Shown here: positions 28,143 to 37,903 of the stretch, piece by piece | Numbering within the stretch: position 1 is the first letter of the stretch | Layout of the letters: each line of letters begins with the position of its first letter | DNA from: Rickettsiales bacterium | GTDB lineage: Bacteria > Pseudomonadota > Alphaproteobacteria > Rickettsiales > G965195355 | Reading direction: 5' to 3' | Assembly (NCBI GenBank): GCA_965195355.1 | Contig: OZ239627.1 | Location: 540,239-604,238, forward strand | Length of the DNA: 64,000 bases | Made by a program: the position numbers and the translations under genes | The notes under the pieces: model-generated | Databases searched by the model: none | Told to the model about the DNA's origin: nothing | Seen by the model: the letters and a program-made list of their open reading frames with translations, nothing else

Positions 28143-29846
28143 TTAATCAACTTTGTCAATATCATTCAAAAGTAAATAATTATTTTCCCTGGTTTTATAC
28201 TTGATCTCTGTAATATCTTCAAGATCCATTCCATCGATTTCTAATGCAGCGCATGCTAATTGTATTCCTGCTTCAGAATGATCTGGTATTACCGTGCAAT
28301 TTGCGGATATTGGCATTTTTTTGATTTTTGATGCATTTTTTATTCTAATTATTACATTAACGTTAGCAAAATGCTTATTTATTAATCGCATAATTGAAGA
28401 AATCGTTACAACATTGCATGTAGTAATAATTAAAGTTGAGGCTCTTTCGATACCCAAAGCAATGAGGAACTTAAGCTTTGTAAAGTCTCCTTGATATATT
28501 GGAATATCTGATTTTATTCCAGCCATTACAAGGTTTTTTCTACTTTCTCCCACAACATATTGAATACCGTTGGATTCTAACACCTTGCTAATGGTTTTGC
28601 CAATTGTGGACATTCCAAGAATTACTATATGATTCTTAATTTCTGACATCTCATCTGCTTGGATTTGAGAATCTTGTATATTTTTATCTCTAAAGATGAG
28701 ATTTGGTAATTTGGATAATGATGGCGTTACCGCCATAGTTACTATAATTGACAGAGTTGCGATTTGAGCAAGATTAGCATCAATTACATTGAGATCGACT
28801 GCAAATTTCATCAACACTATTCCAAATTCCCCGGCTTGTGATAATAGAACAGAAATTTTGATTGCGATTTTATTCTGTAATTTATACACTTTACATAATA
28901 CATACATGATTATAAATTTAATCAACAGTATTCCTATAGAATACACTAGTATTATTCCAATTTGTGATTGTAACACACTCGGATTGATGGACATTCCAAT
29001 TGATACGAAAAAAGTACCCATGAATATACTTTCCCATGGCATGATCTCTTTATGTACAGCTGATGAGAAATATGTCTCCGCAACAAGCAATCCAGATACA
29101 AATGGACCTAGAGATTCTGATAATCCAATATGATGCGTGAGATACGCTGATCCAACCACAAGAACCAATATCGCACCAGTGAATAGATCTTTTTGATGTA
29201 ATTTATATATATAATTTAATGCATGTCTTATGATAAACGCCCCTACAATCAATGCCAAAGGCATAAATGTTGCAGTTTTAAGTATTGATATTCCTAGTTC
29301 CTTAATTGCATCACCACGATTTCCGGATAATGATTTCACCAATATCAGAAGTAGAGGAACTATCATATCTTGACATACAAGTACTATACATGCAATTCTG
29401 CCAGATTTTGAGGATTTTTGATTTGTACATTTACTCACAACTGCTGTAGAAGACATTGCAATAGAGCCAGCTAAAATCAGTGCTGATGTTTCATTTATGT
29501 TAAGCAATCGTAATATAATATAAAACACAACGCCACTAATTGACACTTGCAATAAACCAAGAGCAAATATGCGCAATTCTATTGACTTAAGTTTTTCGAT
29601 ACTTAACTCTAATCCTATGCTAAATAGCAACAGAATTATACCAAAATCAGATGCAACATCAATGATTGCGCTTTCAGATATTATATTGAGGAAATATTTC
29701 CCCGAAATAATTCCTGCGCACAAATATCCCACCACTGAACCGATTCGGGACACAGAAAACAACAATACAATTCCAAAAGCTAAGGATATTGCATAGAATA
29801 TATATCCCAACATCATTGCAGATGATATATCACTCATTCCTTCCAT
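28143..29846 (-). CDS. CPA2 family K+/H+ antiporter with TrkA-N domain (KefB/KefC-like)
   Basis: Many TM helices; FGIILLLFSIGLEL, LSQAGEFG, HIVILG...IG, GD motif of the KTN domain. Confidence 0.9.
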   Translation of the reverse strand: MEGMSDISSAMMLGYIFYAISLAFGIVLLFSVSRIGSVVGYLCAGIISGKYFLNIISESAIIDVASDFGIILLLFSIGLELSIEKLKSIELRIFALGLLQVSISGVVFYIILRLLNINETSALILAGSIAMSSTAVVSKCTNQKSSKSGRIACIVLVCQDMIVPLLLILVKSLSGNRGDAIKELGISILKTATFMPLALIVGAFIIRHALNYIYKLHQKDLFTGAILVLVVGSAYLTHHIGLSESLGPFVSGLLVAETYFSSAVHKEIMPWESIFMGTFFVSIGMSINPSVLQSQIGIILVYSIGILLIKFIIMYVLCKVYKLQNKIAIKISVLLSQAGEFGIVLMKFAVDLNVIDANLAQIATLSIIVTMAVTPSLSKLPNLIFRDKNIQDSQIQADEMSEIKNHIVILGMSTIGKTISKVLESNGIQYVVGESRKNLVMAGIKSDIPIYQGDFTKLKFLIALGIERASTLIITTCNVVTISSIMRLINKHFANVNVIIRIKNASKIKKMPISANCTVIPDHSEAGIQLACAALEIDGMDLEDITEIKYKTRENNYLLLNDIDKVD

Positions 29847-30409
29847 TTAATAGAGCACCCAATGCTATTATATTGCTCTGTAGTGATGGTGTTTGATTCT
29901 TTTAATTCTCTCATTGCATTAATCAAATCTGGTGCCAGCATATCTGCAACATCTGGATCTGTATTCGCGCGAGAAGCATCCAATCTACCTCTATATTGAA
30001 GAATATTATTTTTATCAAAACCAAAAAAATCTGGTGTACATACTGCTCCGTATTTTTTAGCTAAACTTTGTGTTTCATCAACACTACCTCCAATGAGGTA
30101 TGGGAAATTGAAATTATATTTTTTAGCAAACTCTTTCATTTTCTCCGGAGAATCGTCAGAATATGATTCAAAATCATTTGGCATAATAGCGCAAAATCCT
30201 ATCTCAAGCTCTTTAAGTTGAGACACTGTATCATAAAATTTATGTGCAATTGATTTAACATAAGGACAATGATTGCAAACAAAAGCAATAACAAAGCCAT
30301 TTTCTAATTTAATATTTTGTATTGAATGATTATTGCCATCAATATCTTGTAAATTAAAATCTATTGCGCTCAGGCCTTTGTTAACTTTTGGTGTTTCTAT
30401 TAGAACCAT
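29834..30409 (-). CDS. Thioredoxin-family/AhpC-TSA redoxin
   Basis: FVCNHCPYV, YGAVCTPDFFGF, YRGRLD, SIGCSIKWK. Confidence 0.92.
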   Translation of the reverse strand: MVLIETPKVNKGLSAIDFNLQDIDGNNHSIQNIKLENGFVIAFVCNHCPYVKSIAHKFYDTVSQLKELEIGFCAIMPNDFESYSDDSPEKMKEFAKKYNFNFPYLIGGSVDETQSLAKKYGAVCTPDFFGFDKNNILQYRGRLDASRANTDPDVADMLAPDLINAMRELKESNTITTEQYNSIGCSIKWKE

Positions 30410-30468
30410 ATTATTGACTTATAACATAATATGAGTGATGATATAATCTTCACGATAACTGGTCAATA

Positions 30469-30681
30469 ATGGCAAAAAAATCAAAAGATGCGAGGCAAGT
30501 GGTAAGTCTAGTTAGTTCTGCTGGAACTGGCTACATGTATTACACCTCTCGAAACAAGAGAAACATGGAAGCTAAGGCTTCCGAGAAAAAAGAGAAGAAT
30601 GCGAGCTCAAAATTATCAATTATAAAATATGATCCGAAAGCACGAAAGCATGTCTCATTTAAAGAAAAAAAGAAAGCATAG
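30469..30681 (+). CDS. rpmG: 50S ribosomal protein bL33 with a charged insertion
   Basis: [16 protein letters not shown] ... [16 protein letters not shown]. Confidence 0.93.
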   Translation: MAKKSKDARQVVSLVSSAGTGYMYYTSRNKRNMEAKASEKKEKNASSKLSIIKYDPKARKHVSFKEKKKA

Positions 30682-30693
30682 TTAGATCTTTTA

Positions 30694-31206
30694 ATGAAGA
30701 ATAAAAAGAAAGTCTTTTGGATTCTTGCATCTATTCCACCTGTGATGTTTTGTCTTGGATTTGGAATGGTGCCAATATACAAAAGATTTTGTAGGCCGTT
30801 ACAGACGCAAGGAGTACGAAATGTATTTGTTGCTACTAAAATTCCAATACGAGTGCGCTTTAATGCAGATGTTGGTAACGGTGTGTTGTTAAAATTCAGA
30901 CCAGAAAAACAATATCTTGATACGTATTTAGGTGTGCCAACTGAAGTGATATATGATGTCAAGAATGTTTCTAATAGACGTGTAAATGCTATGGCGAATT
31001 ATAGTGTAGGTCCAGACATCGCAGAGGATAAATTAAAAAAATTGAAATGTTTTTGTTTTACAAAGCAATCTTTTTTGCCGCATGAGTCAAGAAAAATGCC
31101 TGTTACATTTGTGATTAATCCTAGTATGGCACAAGATAACAATACAAAAGATATACATGAACTTACTTTATCATATACTTTTTATGATATAGATCAAAAA
31201 GATTGA
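30694..31206 (+). CDS. ctaG: Cytochrome c oxidase assembly protein CtaG/Cox11
   Basis: N-terminal TM ending VPIY..FC; VRFNAD; CFCF; MPVTF; TLSYTF. Confidence 0.93.
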   Translation: MKNKKKVFWILASIPPVMFCLGFGMVPIYKRFCRPLQTQGVRNVFVATKIPIRVRFNADVGNGVLLKFRPEKQYLDTYLGVPTEVIYDVKNVSNRRVNAMANYSVGPDIAEDKLKKLKCFCFTKQSFLPHESRKMPVTFVINPSMAQDNNTKDIHELTLSYTFYDIDQKD

Positions 31207-32190
31207 TCATAAAGGCCATTTTGCGCGTGGCTCAAACGATAAATCATTTTCTGGTGTTGATATTTGATATTTCTCTATACCAACCCAAGCAATCATTGCG
31301 GCATTGTCTGTGCATAGATTTTGAGGTGGAAACACGATGTTATACTGAGGTAGTGCAGAATTAATTTCTGATTTAAGATATTGATTTGCAGCTACTCCAC
31401 CAGAAATCACAATTGTGTTGATTTCTGAATGCATATTCAAAGCCAATGTGATTTTGTGTCTCAATATCCTAGATATTGTATATTGAAATGATGCACAAAT
31501 GTCATATACATTTTGATCTGAAAGAGTATTAAGTCGATTGATGAGGTTTTTAACGGAGGTTTTCAATCCAGAAAATGAAAAATCACAACATTTTTTTTTC
31601 ATTAAGGGTTGTGGAAATGCGAATTTATGAATATCTCCTAATTGAGCATACTGCTCAATTATGGGTCCACCAGGATACTCAATATTGAGATATCGCGCTA
31701 TTTTATCAAATGCCTCTCCAACTGCATCATCTAGCGTTCTGCCTAACCTCATATATTGACCTACGCCTCTGCAAATAAGCATTTCAGTGTGTCCTCCAGA
31801 AATTAATATTAATAAAAAAGGAAACTGTATATTATTACATAATCTTGGAGTTAATGCATGTCCTTCCATATGATTTACTGCAAAGATTTGCTTACGTGTT
31901 ACATGTGATATGGCTTTTGCAGACATAACACCAATCATCAAACTACCCATCAATCCAGGTCCAGAGGTAATGGAAATAATATCCGCTTGTTTGATTTGAT
32001 CTCGATATTTTGTGATGAGATGATGCAGACCTTTCATATGTTCACGTGATGCTAACTCAGGAACAACTCCTCCATATTTTGCATGAGAATTTTGAGAGAT
32101 CGTTTCATGTAATAATATATTTTTTTCAGATGTGACCAGTGCTATCGATGTATCATCACAACTTGTCTCAATACCAAATGAAATGATCAT
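31207..32190 (-). CDS. tsaD: tRNA N6-adenosine threonylcarbamoyltransferase
   Basis: GIETSCDDT, GGVVPELASREH, NHMEGH, SGGHT, DDAVGEAFDK, GGVAAN, CTDNAAMIA. Confidence 0.97.
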   Translation of the reverse strand: MIISFGIETSCDDTSIALVTSEKNILLHETISQNSHAKYGGVVPELASREHMKGLHHLITKYRDQIKQADIISITSGPGLMGSLMIGVMSAKAISHVTRKQIFAVNHMEGHALTPRLCNNIQFPFLLILISGGHTEMLICRGVGQYMRLGRTLDDAVGEAFDKIARYLNIEYPGGPIIEQYAQLGDIHKFAFPQPLMKKKCCDFSFSGLKTSVKNLINRLNTLSDQNVYDICASFQYTISRILRHKITLALNMHSEINTIVISGGVAANQYLKSEINSALPQYNIVFPPQNLCTDNAAMIAWVGIEKYQISTPENDLSFEPRAKWPL

Positions 32191-32197
32191 TATATTT

Positions 32198-32971
32198 TTA
32201 TAACACTGGATCAATAATTGAGATTATCTGACGTGCAATTATTTTATTACAAGCTGCGATAAAGCAATTCTTATACTCAACAATAACTCCACCAGATTCT
32301 TTGACTAATAAAATACCAGCTGCAACATCCCAAATTTTTGGTTTTATACTGACAAATGCTTGCGCCTTTCCAGATGCAACGTGGCATAAACTCAGAACGG
32401 AACTCCCTATGCATCTAACGTGCAAAGATCGTGATATAAAAGTACATAATATATTTTTACATGACTCATTTCGCGGTCTTAGTGATCCAAGTAATATAAT
32501 TCCATTAGATATATCTTGTATTTTATTTGTATGCATTGCTCGTATTTCTCCATAACAATTTGCATGAAATGCACCTGATTTAATACTTGCATAATATATA
32601 TCTTTAGTACAAGGTATTTCGGATACGCAAATCTCTATCTGATTGTCAATTGACATAGCGATGGTTGTGGCAAAATATGATATACCATTCATAAAATTTG
32701 AGGTTCCATCTAGTGGGTCAATAATCCAATAGCAATCTTGTTGGATTCCAGGAATACGTCCTTTTTCCTCCATAATAAATCCGAAATCAGGAAATTCTTC
32801 TTTTAGAACGCTAAGAATTGCAGATTCAGCCCCAATATCTGCACTTGTGACAAAATCAGAAATACCCTTATCAGACACATGCAATTGATCAATAGATTGA
32901 AAATCTCTCATCAGTCTAGAAGAGGCCCTGCGCGTAGCCTGTAAAGCAACTTCTAGATCATGATTCAACAT
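32198..32971 (-). CDS. suhB: Inositol monophosphatase family protein SuhB
   Basis: DFVTSAD, EE, WIIDPLDGTSNF, WDVAAG; follows efp. Confidence 0.9.
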   Translation of the reverse strand: MLNHDLEVALQATRRASSRLMRDFQSIDQLHVSDKGISDFVTSADIGAESAILSVLKEEFPDFGFIMEEKGRIPGIQQDCYWIIDPLDGTSNFMNGISYFATTIAMSIDNQIEICVSEIPCTKDIYYASIKSGAFHANCYGEIRAMHTNKIQDISNGIILLGSLRPRNESCKNILCTFISRSLHVRCIGSSVLSLCHVASGKAQAFVSIKPKIWDVAAGILLVKESGGVIVEYKNCFIAACNKIIARQIISIIDPVL

Positions 32972-33543
32972 TATACTCTTTTGATGTAAGTCTTATCTGA
33001 CATCTTTATTACAATTCTATCTCCTGTTTTTATAAAAGGTGGTACCATTATTCTAGTTTTTGCATGACCTTCGATATTTGCAGGTTTATATGAAGTAGTT
33101 GCGGTCTGTCCCTTTACAACAGATTCAGTGCCAGAGATTTGTACTTCTACAGTTTCTGGCAATCGAACAAGCAAAATATCATTTTCATGATACAAGAGCG
33201 TGATATGCATTTCTTCGCGCAAAAACGGAGCATCATCTTTATCTAATAAATCTAATGATACCATATCTTGTTCGTATGTTTCCATATTCATAACAGAAAA
33301 CTGCTCTCTCTCCACATATGATACTTGTACTGTTGTTTCTTCAGTATCTATTTTTTCAACATTATCACTTGATCTAAATCTGATATTAAGTTTCGAAGAA
33401 TTCTTAATATCCTTAAGTTCAGTCTGTTGATACGCAGGCCCTTTGCCGGGCTTAACATGTGACATCTTAATTACTGCACAATATCTAGAATTATATAGTA
33501 TGATATTTCCAATTCTAATATCATTTATTGGAGTATTTACCAT
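32971..33543 (-). CDS. efp: Elongation factor P
   Basis: HVKPGKG, METYEQ, KGQTATTSYKPA, VPPFI. Confidence 0.95.
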   Translation of the reverse strand: MVNTPINDIRIGNIILYNSRYCAVIKMSHVKPGKGPAYQQTELKDIKNSSKLNIRFRSSDNVEKIDTEETTVQVSYVEREQFSVMNMETYEQDMVSLDLLDKDDAPFLREEMHITLLYHENDILLVRLPETVEVQISGTESVVKGQTATTSYKPANIEGHAKTRIMVPPFIKTGDRIVIKMSDKTYIKRV

Positions 33544-33600
33544 CTATTTTAAGAGCACATAACACTGCATTATATGATGTATATTTGATATTATCAATGC

Positions 33601-34398
33601 ATGAATAATGAAAGTTATTGCAAAGAATATGTACGGAAACATGATTCATGGAGATATACTAGTGCTTCAATGGTGCATAAAAATAACACTAGAGCAATAT
33701 TTGCGATGTTTGCATTGCATATCACATTATGCGATATCACTTCTGTCAATTCCCTTCAGTCTATGATGAAATTACAATGGTGGATTGATACATTCGTTAA
33801 GAGAAACACCTGTGAAAATGTCCCGATCGCGAAGGAAGTATTGTTGATATCCAATAAAATACCAGAATCAATTCTTGTTGAATACATGGAAAATTTATAC
33901 AACGGTATAACGGAATCATACAATCAGAATATTGTGAGTATAGAAAAATACGCAACTAAGACAATTGGATTACATATAAAATCCACGCTTTATGTGATTG
34001 GAATAAATAACAATCTAAACGAGATAGTATATCATGCAGCATGTGCCATCATGCTAGGAAACATAATACGAAATACTTATCATAAGCCACAAAAATGCAA
34101 ATTACCGTACGATATGTTGTATGATGTTGGTATAAAGCTTGAAGATATATATTCCGATGCTAATAAAGAAGGATTGCATGAAATCATAAGGATTATTGCA
34201 CTGAGATGTGAAAGTCATGTAGATATTGTATTGAATTCTTTAAAATCTATGGATATACATTCGCGAAGTATGTTTATTTATATATTAATCTTAAAGAGAT
34301 ACATACATCGAATTTTAAAACGCAATGTTTTTTCCTGTGATCCAGAGGAAATTTCCATAATAACAAAAGCGTGCATTACAATATCGCGACTGTGGTGA
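33601..34398 (+). CDS. Squalene/phytoene synthase-fold protein (NDUFAF6-like)
   Basis: YC..YVRKHD.WRY, AIFAMFA, KLQWW, LGNIIR; lacks clear DxxxD motifs. Confidence 0.7.
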   Translation: MNNESYCKEYVRKHDSWRYTSASMVHKNNTRAIFAMFALHITLCDITSVNSLQSMMKLQWWIDTFVKRNTCENVPIAKEVLLISNKIPESILVEYMENLYNGITESYNQNIVSIEKYATKTIGLHIKSTLYVIGINNNLNEIVYHAACAIMLGNIIRNTYHKPQKCKLPYDMLYDVGIKLEDIYSDANKEGLHEIIRIIALRCESHVDIVLNSLKSMDIHSRSMFIYILILKRYIHRILKRNVFSCDPEEISIITKACITISRLW

Positions 34399-34400
34399 AA

Positions 34401-34473
34401 TGATCCCGATAGGATTCGAACCTATGACATACTGATTAAGAGTCAGTCGCTCTACCAACTGAGCTACGGGATC
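34401..34473 (-). tRNA. tRNA-Lys (CTT)
   Basis: GATCCCG-TA-GCTC AGTTGGTA GAGC-G-ACTGA CT CTT AA TCAGT-ATGTC-ATAGG TTCGAAT CCTAT-CGGGATC-A; CCA not encoded. Confidence 0.97.
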
Positions 34474-34483
34474 CCATGATCTA

Positions 34484-35062
34484 TTATTTTATAGCAAATT
34501 CACCAGATACTTCTACGGAAGCATTCATTGGTAAATCAGATACTCCAATTGCTACTCGTGTGTGAGTTCCAATATTTTTTCCGAGGGCATTAATTATAGT
34601 ATTTGAAGCTCCATCCGCAACCAAATGTTCTTTGTGAAAACTATCTCCCGCATTCACATATATAGTGATTCTCTTCACTCCTATAATTCTGTCAAGGTTT
34701 CCATTTAATGCTTTTTTGATCTGATTCAAAAGATTCTCTGTTGCTAATTTAGCTCCAGCAATACCATTGTTGATATTACTGATATTTATAGGACCTGTAT
34801 ATTTTGGATCAATTTTACCATTCTGTATTGGTATCTGACCAGATACCAATAAATCATGCGCAAATAACTTGTATTGCACATAGTTTGCGATTGGATTTGG
34901 AGTGGTTTTTATTACTTCATTATTCTTCGTGTGTACAATTGGATTTGATTCATCGATAGATGCATCAAATTTGTTTACTTTTTTTTCACTTATTACAATG
35001 TTATTTGGTTGATTTGAAATTGGAGACGTATTGTTAATATATGAAACTATAGCCAACAACAT
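34484..35062 (-). CDS. RidA/YjgF family protein with an N-terminal extension
   Basis: PNPIANYV, LVSGQIP, VADGAS, HTRVAIGVSDLPMNASVEV; roughly 50 extra N-terminal residues. Confidence 0.85.
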   Translation of the reverse strand: MLLAIVSYINNTSPISNQPNNIVISEKKVNKFDASIDESNPIVHTKNNEVIKTTPNPIANYVQYKLFAHDLLVSGQIPIQNGKIDPKYTGPINISNINNGIAGAKLATENLLNQIKKALNGNLDRIIGVKRITIYVNAGDSFHKEHLVADGASNTIINALGKNIGTHTRVAIGVSDLPMNASVEVSGEFAIK

Positions 35063-35101
35063 ATAGAGCTCTCTAATAAAATGTCATTTTATATCAAATC
35101 C

Positions 35102-35506
35102 TTAACTACTACTAGGGGTTTCCACAATATATTTCTCAATATGATTCTTCATATCATGAGAAATAGATAATATGATTTTGCGTTGATCATCTTGTGATAT
35201 AGTATTGAGATTATTAGAGGACCAATGAAATTGAAGCATTGCAAGTGCTACAAATCTTGAGATGCCGGTGATGGAATTAGATTCTGAATTAAATGATCCA
35301 TCCTCGTTATACAAAGTATCAATATTCATTCTTATTTGTTTGAGTCTCTCTAATTCTTTCGCTGCATTATTAGCAAGCATATCAATGTTTTCTGGACTCA
35401 GTCGTCCATGCTTGCCGTCAAATACAGTCATCACTACTTTAATGATTTTTTCTGCAATTAGTAATTTTTTATCAATCCAATCAACATGGACCCAATCAAG
35501 CCACAT
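35102..35506 (-). CDS. Orphan protein (possibly a 5'-eroded remnant)
   Basis: 134-aa ORF; the same frame continues upstream through two in-frame stops. Confidence 0.45.
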   Translation of the reverse strand: MWLDWVHVDWIDKKLLIAEKIIKVVMTVFDGKHGRLSPENIDMLANNAAKELERLKQIRMNIDTLYNEDGSFNSESNSITGISRFVALAMLQFHWSSNNLNTISQDDQRKIILSISHDMKNHIEKYIVETPSSS

Positions 35507-35570
35507 TTGGGAAGATATGACAAATGATCCATTGTGCTAGATTCTTGAGCCTTATATTTTTCTTGTTCTA

Positions 35571-35588
35571 AATCTTGATATCAAGATT
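35571..35588. repeat. Perfect 18-bp palindrome
   Basis: aatcttgatatcaagatt is its own reverse complement. Confidence 0.8.
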
Positions 35589-35668
35589 AGATGTGCGAAA
35601 TTAATTCTGATCTCATATAAGAAATACAAAAATCAAATTAAGTTCATGGCAAATGAAAGTGATATTCA

Positions 35669-35741
35669 TGATCCCAGCAGGATTCGAACCTGCGACACCT
35701 TGATTAAAAGTCAAGTGCTCTACCAGCTGAGCTATAGGATC
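35669..35741 (-). tRNA. tRNA-Lys (TTT)
   Basis: GATCCTA-TA-GCTC AGCTGGTA GAGC-A-CTTGA CT TTT AA TCAAG-GTGTC-GCAGG TTCGAAT CCTGC-TGGGATC-A; CCA not encoded. Confidence 0.97.
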
Positions 35742-35848
35742 TTCACCGCAAAATTCTGCATATATATTTGAATCAAGTCAATCAATGATTACAACACTAT
35801 TGACTGAATCATGTTAGCATGATACTGCTGTAAGATATTAACTGCATA

Positions 35849-36955
35849 TTGCGAGATTTGATGAATCTAATGAAGAATGCATTTAACACATGTTTTTCAT
35901 GTGTTAAATCGGTCTCAATTCCTAGAATAGATATTTTTGCTAGCGATATTGCTCTTGATCTTGGCACAGCAAACAATGTCGTGTATGCAAGAGGAAAGGG
36001 AATATTATTTACTCAACCAGCAGTAATCGCACTTAAGAGTCACAAAGGTTCGTACATTCCTTATGCGTTTGGTCAGGAAGCAAAATTGATGATCGGAAAG
36101 ACACCGCCAGAAATTAAAGTAGTAAGACCCTTGCGAGATGGTGTAATAGCAGATTTCCGTAGCGCGGAAGAAATGATCAAGAATTGTATCAGAAGAGTGA
36201 GTGGCAAAAGAATTAATAATCCCAGAATCATAATTTGCGTTCCATTTGGATCAACTCCCGTTGAAAGGAGAGCCATACACGATGCTGCTGAGGGTGCTGG
36301 TGCTAGAGAGGTATTTTTAGTGGAAGAACCCATGGCTGCTGCAATTGGTGCTGATCTTCCCGTGACAGATCCAATAGGATGCATGATGATTGATATCGGA
36401 GGAGGTACAACAGAAGTAGCGGTAATTTCTCTTGGTGGTATAGTATATGGTAAATCTGTTCGTGTTGGTGGAGATAAAATTGATTTATCGATACAGGAAT
36501 ATATACGTAGACATCATAATCTCTTAATTGGTGAATTCACAGCTGAGAAAATTAAGAAAGAGATCGGGACTGCGAAAGTGCTGAGTGATGATGAAAAAAA
36601 AGAATTCTTTGTCAAGGGTAGGGACTTATTGGAAGGAATTCCCAAAGAGATTCGCCTTACAAGTGCTGATATTGCTGACAGCATACAAGATCCTGTAAAT
36701 CAGATTGTAGAAGCAGTAAGAGTTGCGCTTGAGCATACTCCTCCAGAATTGTCTTCAGATATTGTGGATCGTGGCATTAAGCTGTCTGGAGGTGGGGCGT
36801 TGCTTAAGAATCTTGATGTAGTGATAAAGAATGCTACTGGATTGCCAGTTTCTGTAGCTAATGATCCATTATCCTCTGTTGCTTCTGGCACTGGAAGAAT
36901 TCTGGAAGATATGTCAAAATTCAAGCATGTGTTATTTAAACAAGATGAAGGTTAA
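35849..36955 (+). CDS. mreB: Rod shape-determining protein MreB (start codon uncertain)
   Basis: DIALDLGTAN, RPLRDGVIADF, EEPMAAAIGA, DIGGGTTEVA, GGGALL. Confidence 0.96.
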   Translation: MRDLMNLMKNAFNTCFSCVKSVSIPRIDIFASDIALDLGTANNVVYARGKGILFTQPAVIALKSHKGSYIPYAFGQEAKLMIGKTPPEIKVVRPLRDGVIADFRSAEEMIKNCIRRVSGKRINNPRIIICVPFGSTPVERRAIHDAAEGAGAREVFLVEEPMAAAIGADLPVTDPIGCMMIDIGGGTTEVAVISLGGIVYGKSVRVGGDKIDLSIQEYIRRHHNLLIGEFTAEKIKKEIGTAKVLSDDEKKEFFVKGRDLLEGIPKEIRLTSADIADSIQDPVNQIVEAVRVALEHTPPELSSDIVDRGIKLSGGGALLKNLDVVIKNATGLPVSVANDPLSSVASGTGRILEDMSKFKHVLFKQDEG

Positions 36956-36958
36956 ATT

Positions 36959-37900
36959 ATGTCAAAATTATCCATTATAGGAGCTGGTCAAATTGGAGGA
37001 TGCATCGCAATGAATTGCATACATGACAATTCATTTGAATATGTCTCATTGATTGATTTAGACCCTGGTATTGCGATTGGTAAATCTTTGGATTTATCGC
37101 AATCTTCGATATTGAGTTGTTCTGATTGTAAAATTGTTGGAGGAGATGATTTTTCCTTAATTCAAGACTCTGATGTAATTATCGTTACTGCTGGTGTACC
37201 TCGTAAGCCTGGTATGCAGCGCTCTGATTTGATTAATATCAATTGCAAGATCGTGGAAAATGTTGGTTCCAAAATAAAAGAGTTTGCTCCAAATAGCTTT
37301 GTGATTGTGATTACAAATCCATTAGATTTGATGGTTCACTCAATGCAAAAAATTATAGGATTTGATGATCGTAAAATTATAGGTATGGCAGGTGCATTGG
37401 ATACATCCAGGTTTGGAATGTTTTTAGCGGAAGAATTTAATTGTTCTCGTTCTGATATACATTCTTATGTGATTGGTAGTCATGATAATAACATGGTGCC
37501 ACTTATAAATAGCACAACGGTGCAAGGTGTTTCATTGGATAATTTGATAAATCGTGGAGTGATCTCGAAAGAGAGGATCAATGAGATCAGAAATAGAGCA
37601 AGAAATGGTGGTGCGGAAATTGTTGGTCACCTTAGAACTGGATCTGCGTTTTTTGCTCCAGCGATGTGTGCATATAAGATGGCTCGCTCTTACAAGAAAA
37701 ATTTGAGGCAAATATTTTGTTCATCTGTAAAATTGAATGGTGAATATGGATTTAACGATATATATCTTGGAGTTCCTGCTGTAATTGGTAAGAATGGAGT
37801 AGAAAAGATAATTGAGTTACAATTGTCTGAGGAAGAACACAATCAATTAAAATTTTCTCACGATACTCTTCATGATGCTATATCTCAATTATCCATATAA
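36959..37900 (+). CDS. mdh: Malate dehydrogenase (LDH-like)
   Basis: IIGAGQIG, TAGVPRKPGMQRSDL, ITNPLD, GMAGALDTSRF, GGAEIV..L.TGSAFFAP. Confidence 0.96.
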   Translation: MSKLSIIGAGQIGGCIAMNCIHDNSFEYVSLIDLDPGIAIGKSLDLSQSSILSCSDCKIVGGDDFSLIQDSDVIIVTAGVPRKPGMQRSDLININCKIVENVGSKIKEFAPNSFVIVITNPLDLMVHSMQKIIGFDDRKIIGMAGALDTSRFGMFLAEEFNCSRSDIHSYVIGSHDNNMVPLINSTTVQGVSLDNLINRGVISKERINEIRNRARNGGAEIVGHLRTGSAFFAPAMCAYKMARSYKKNLRQIFCSSVKLNGEYGFNDIYLGVPAVIGKNGVEKIIELQLSEEEHNQLKFSHDTLHDAISQLSI

Positions 37901-37903
37901 TAT

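Noticed and set aside
34401-35741. tRNA-anchored genomic island with att duplication
   Set aside because: Both copies are complete tRNAs with different anticodons and T-arms, and no integrase lies between them.
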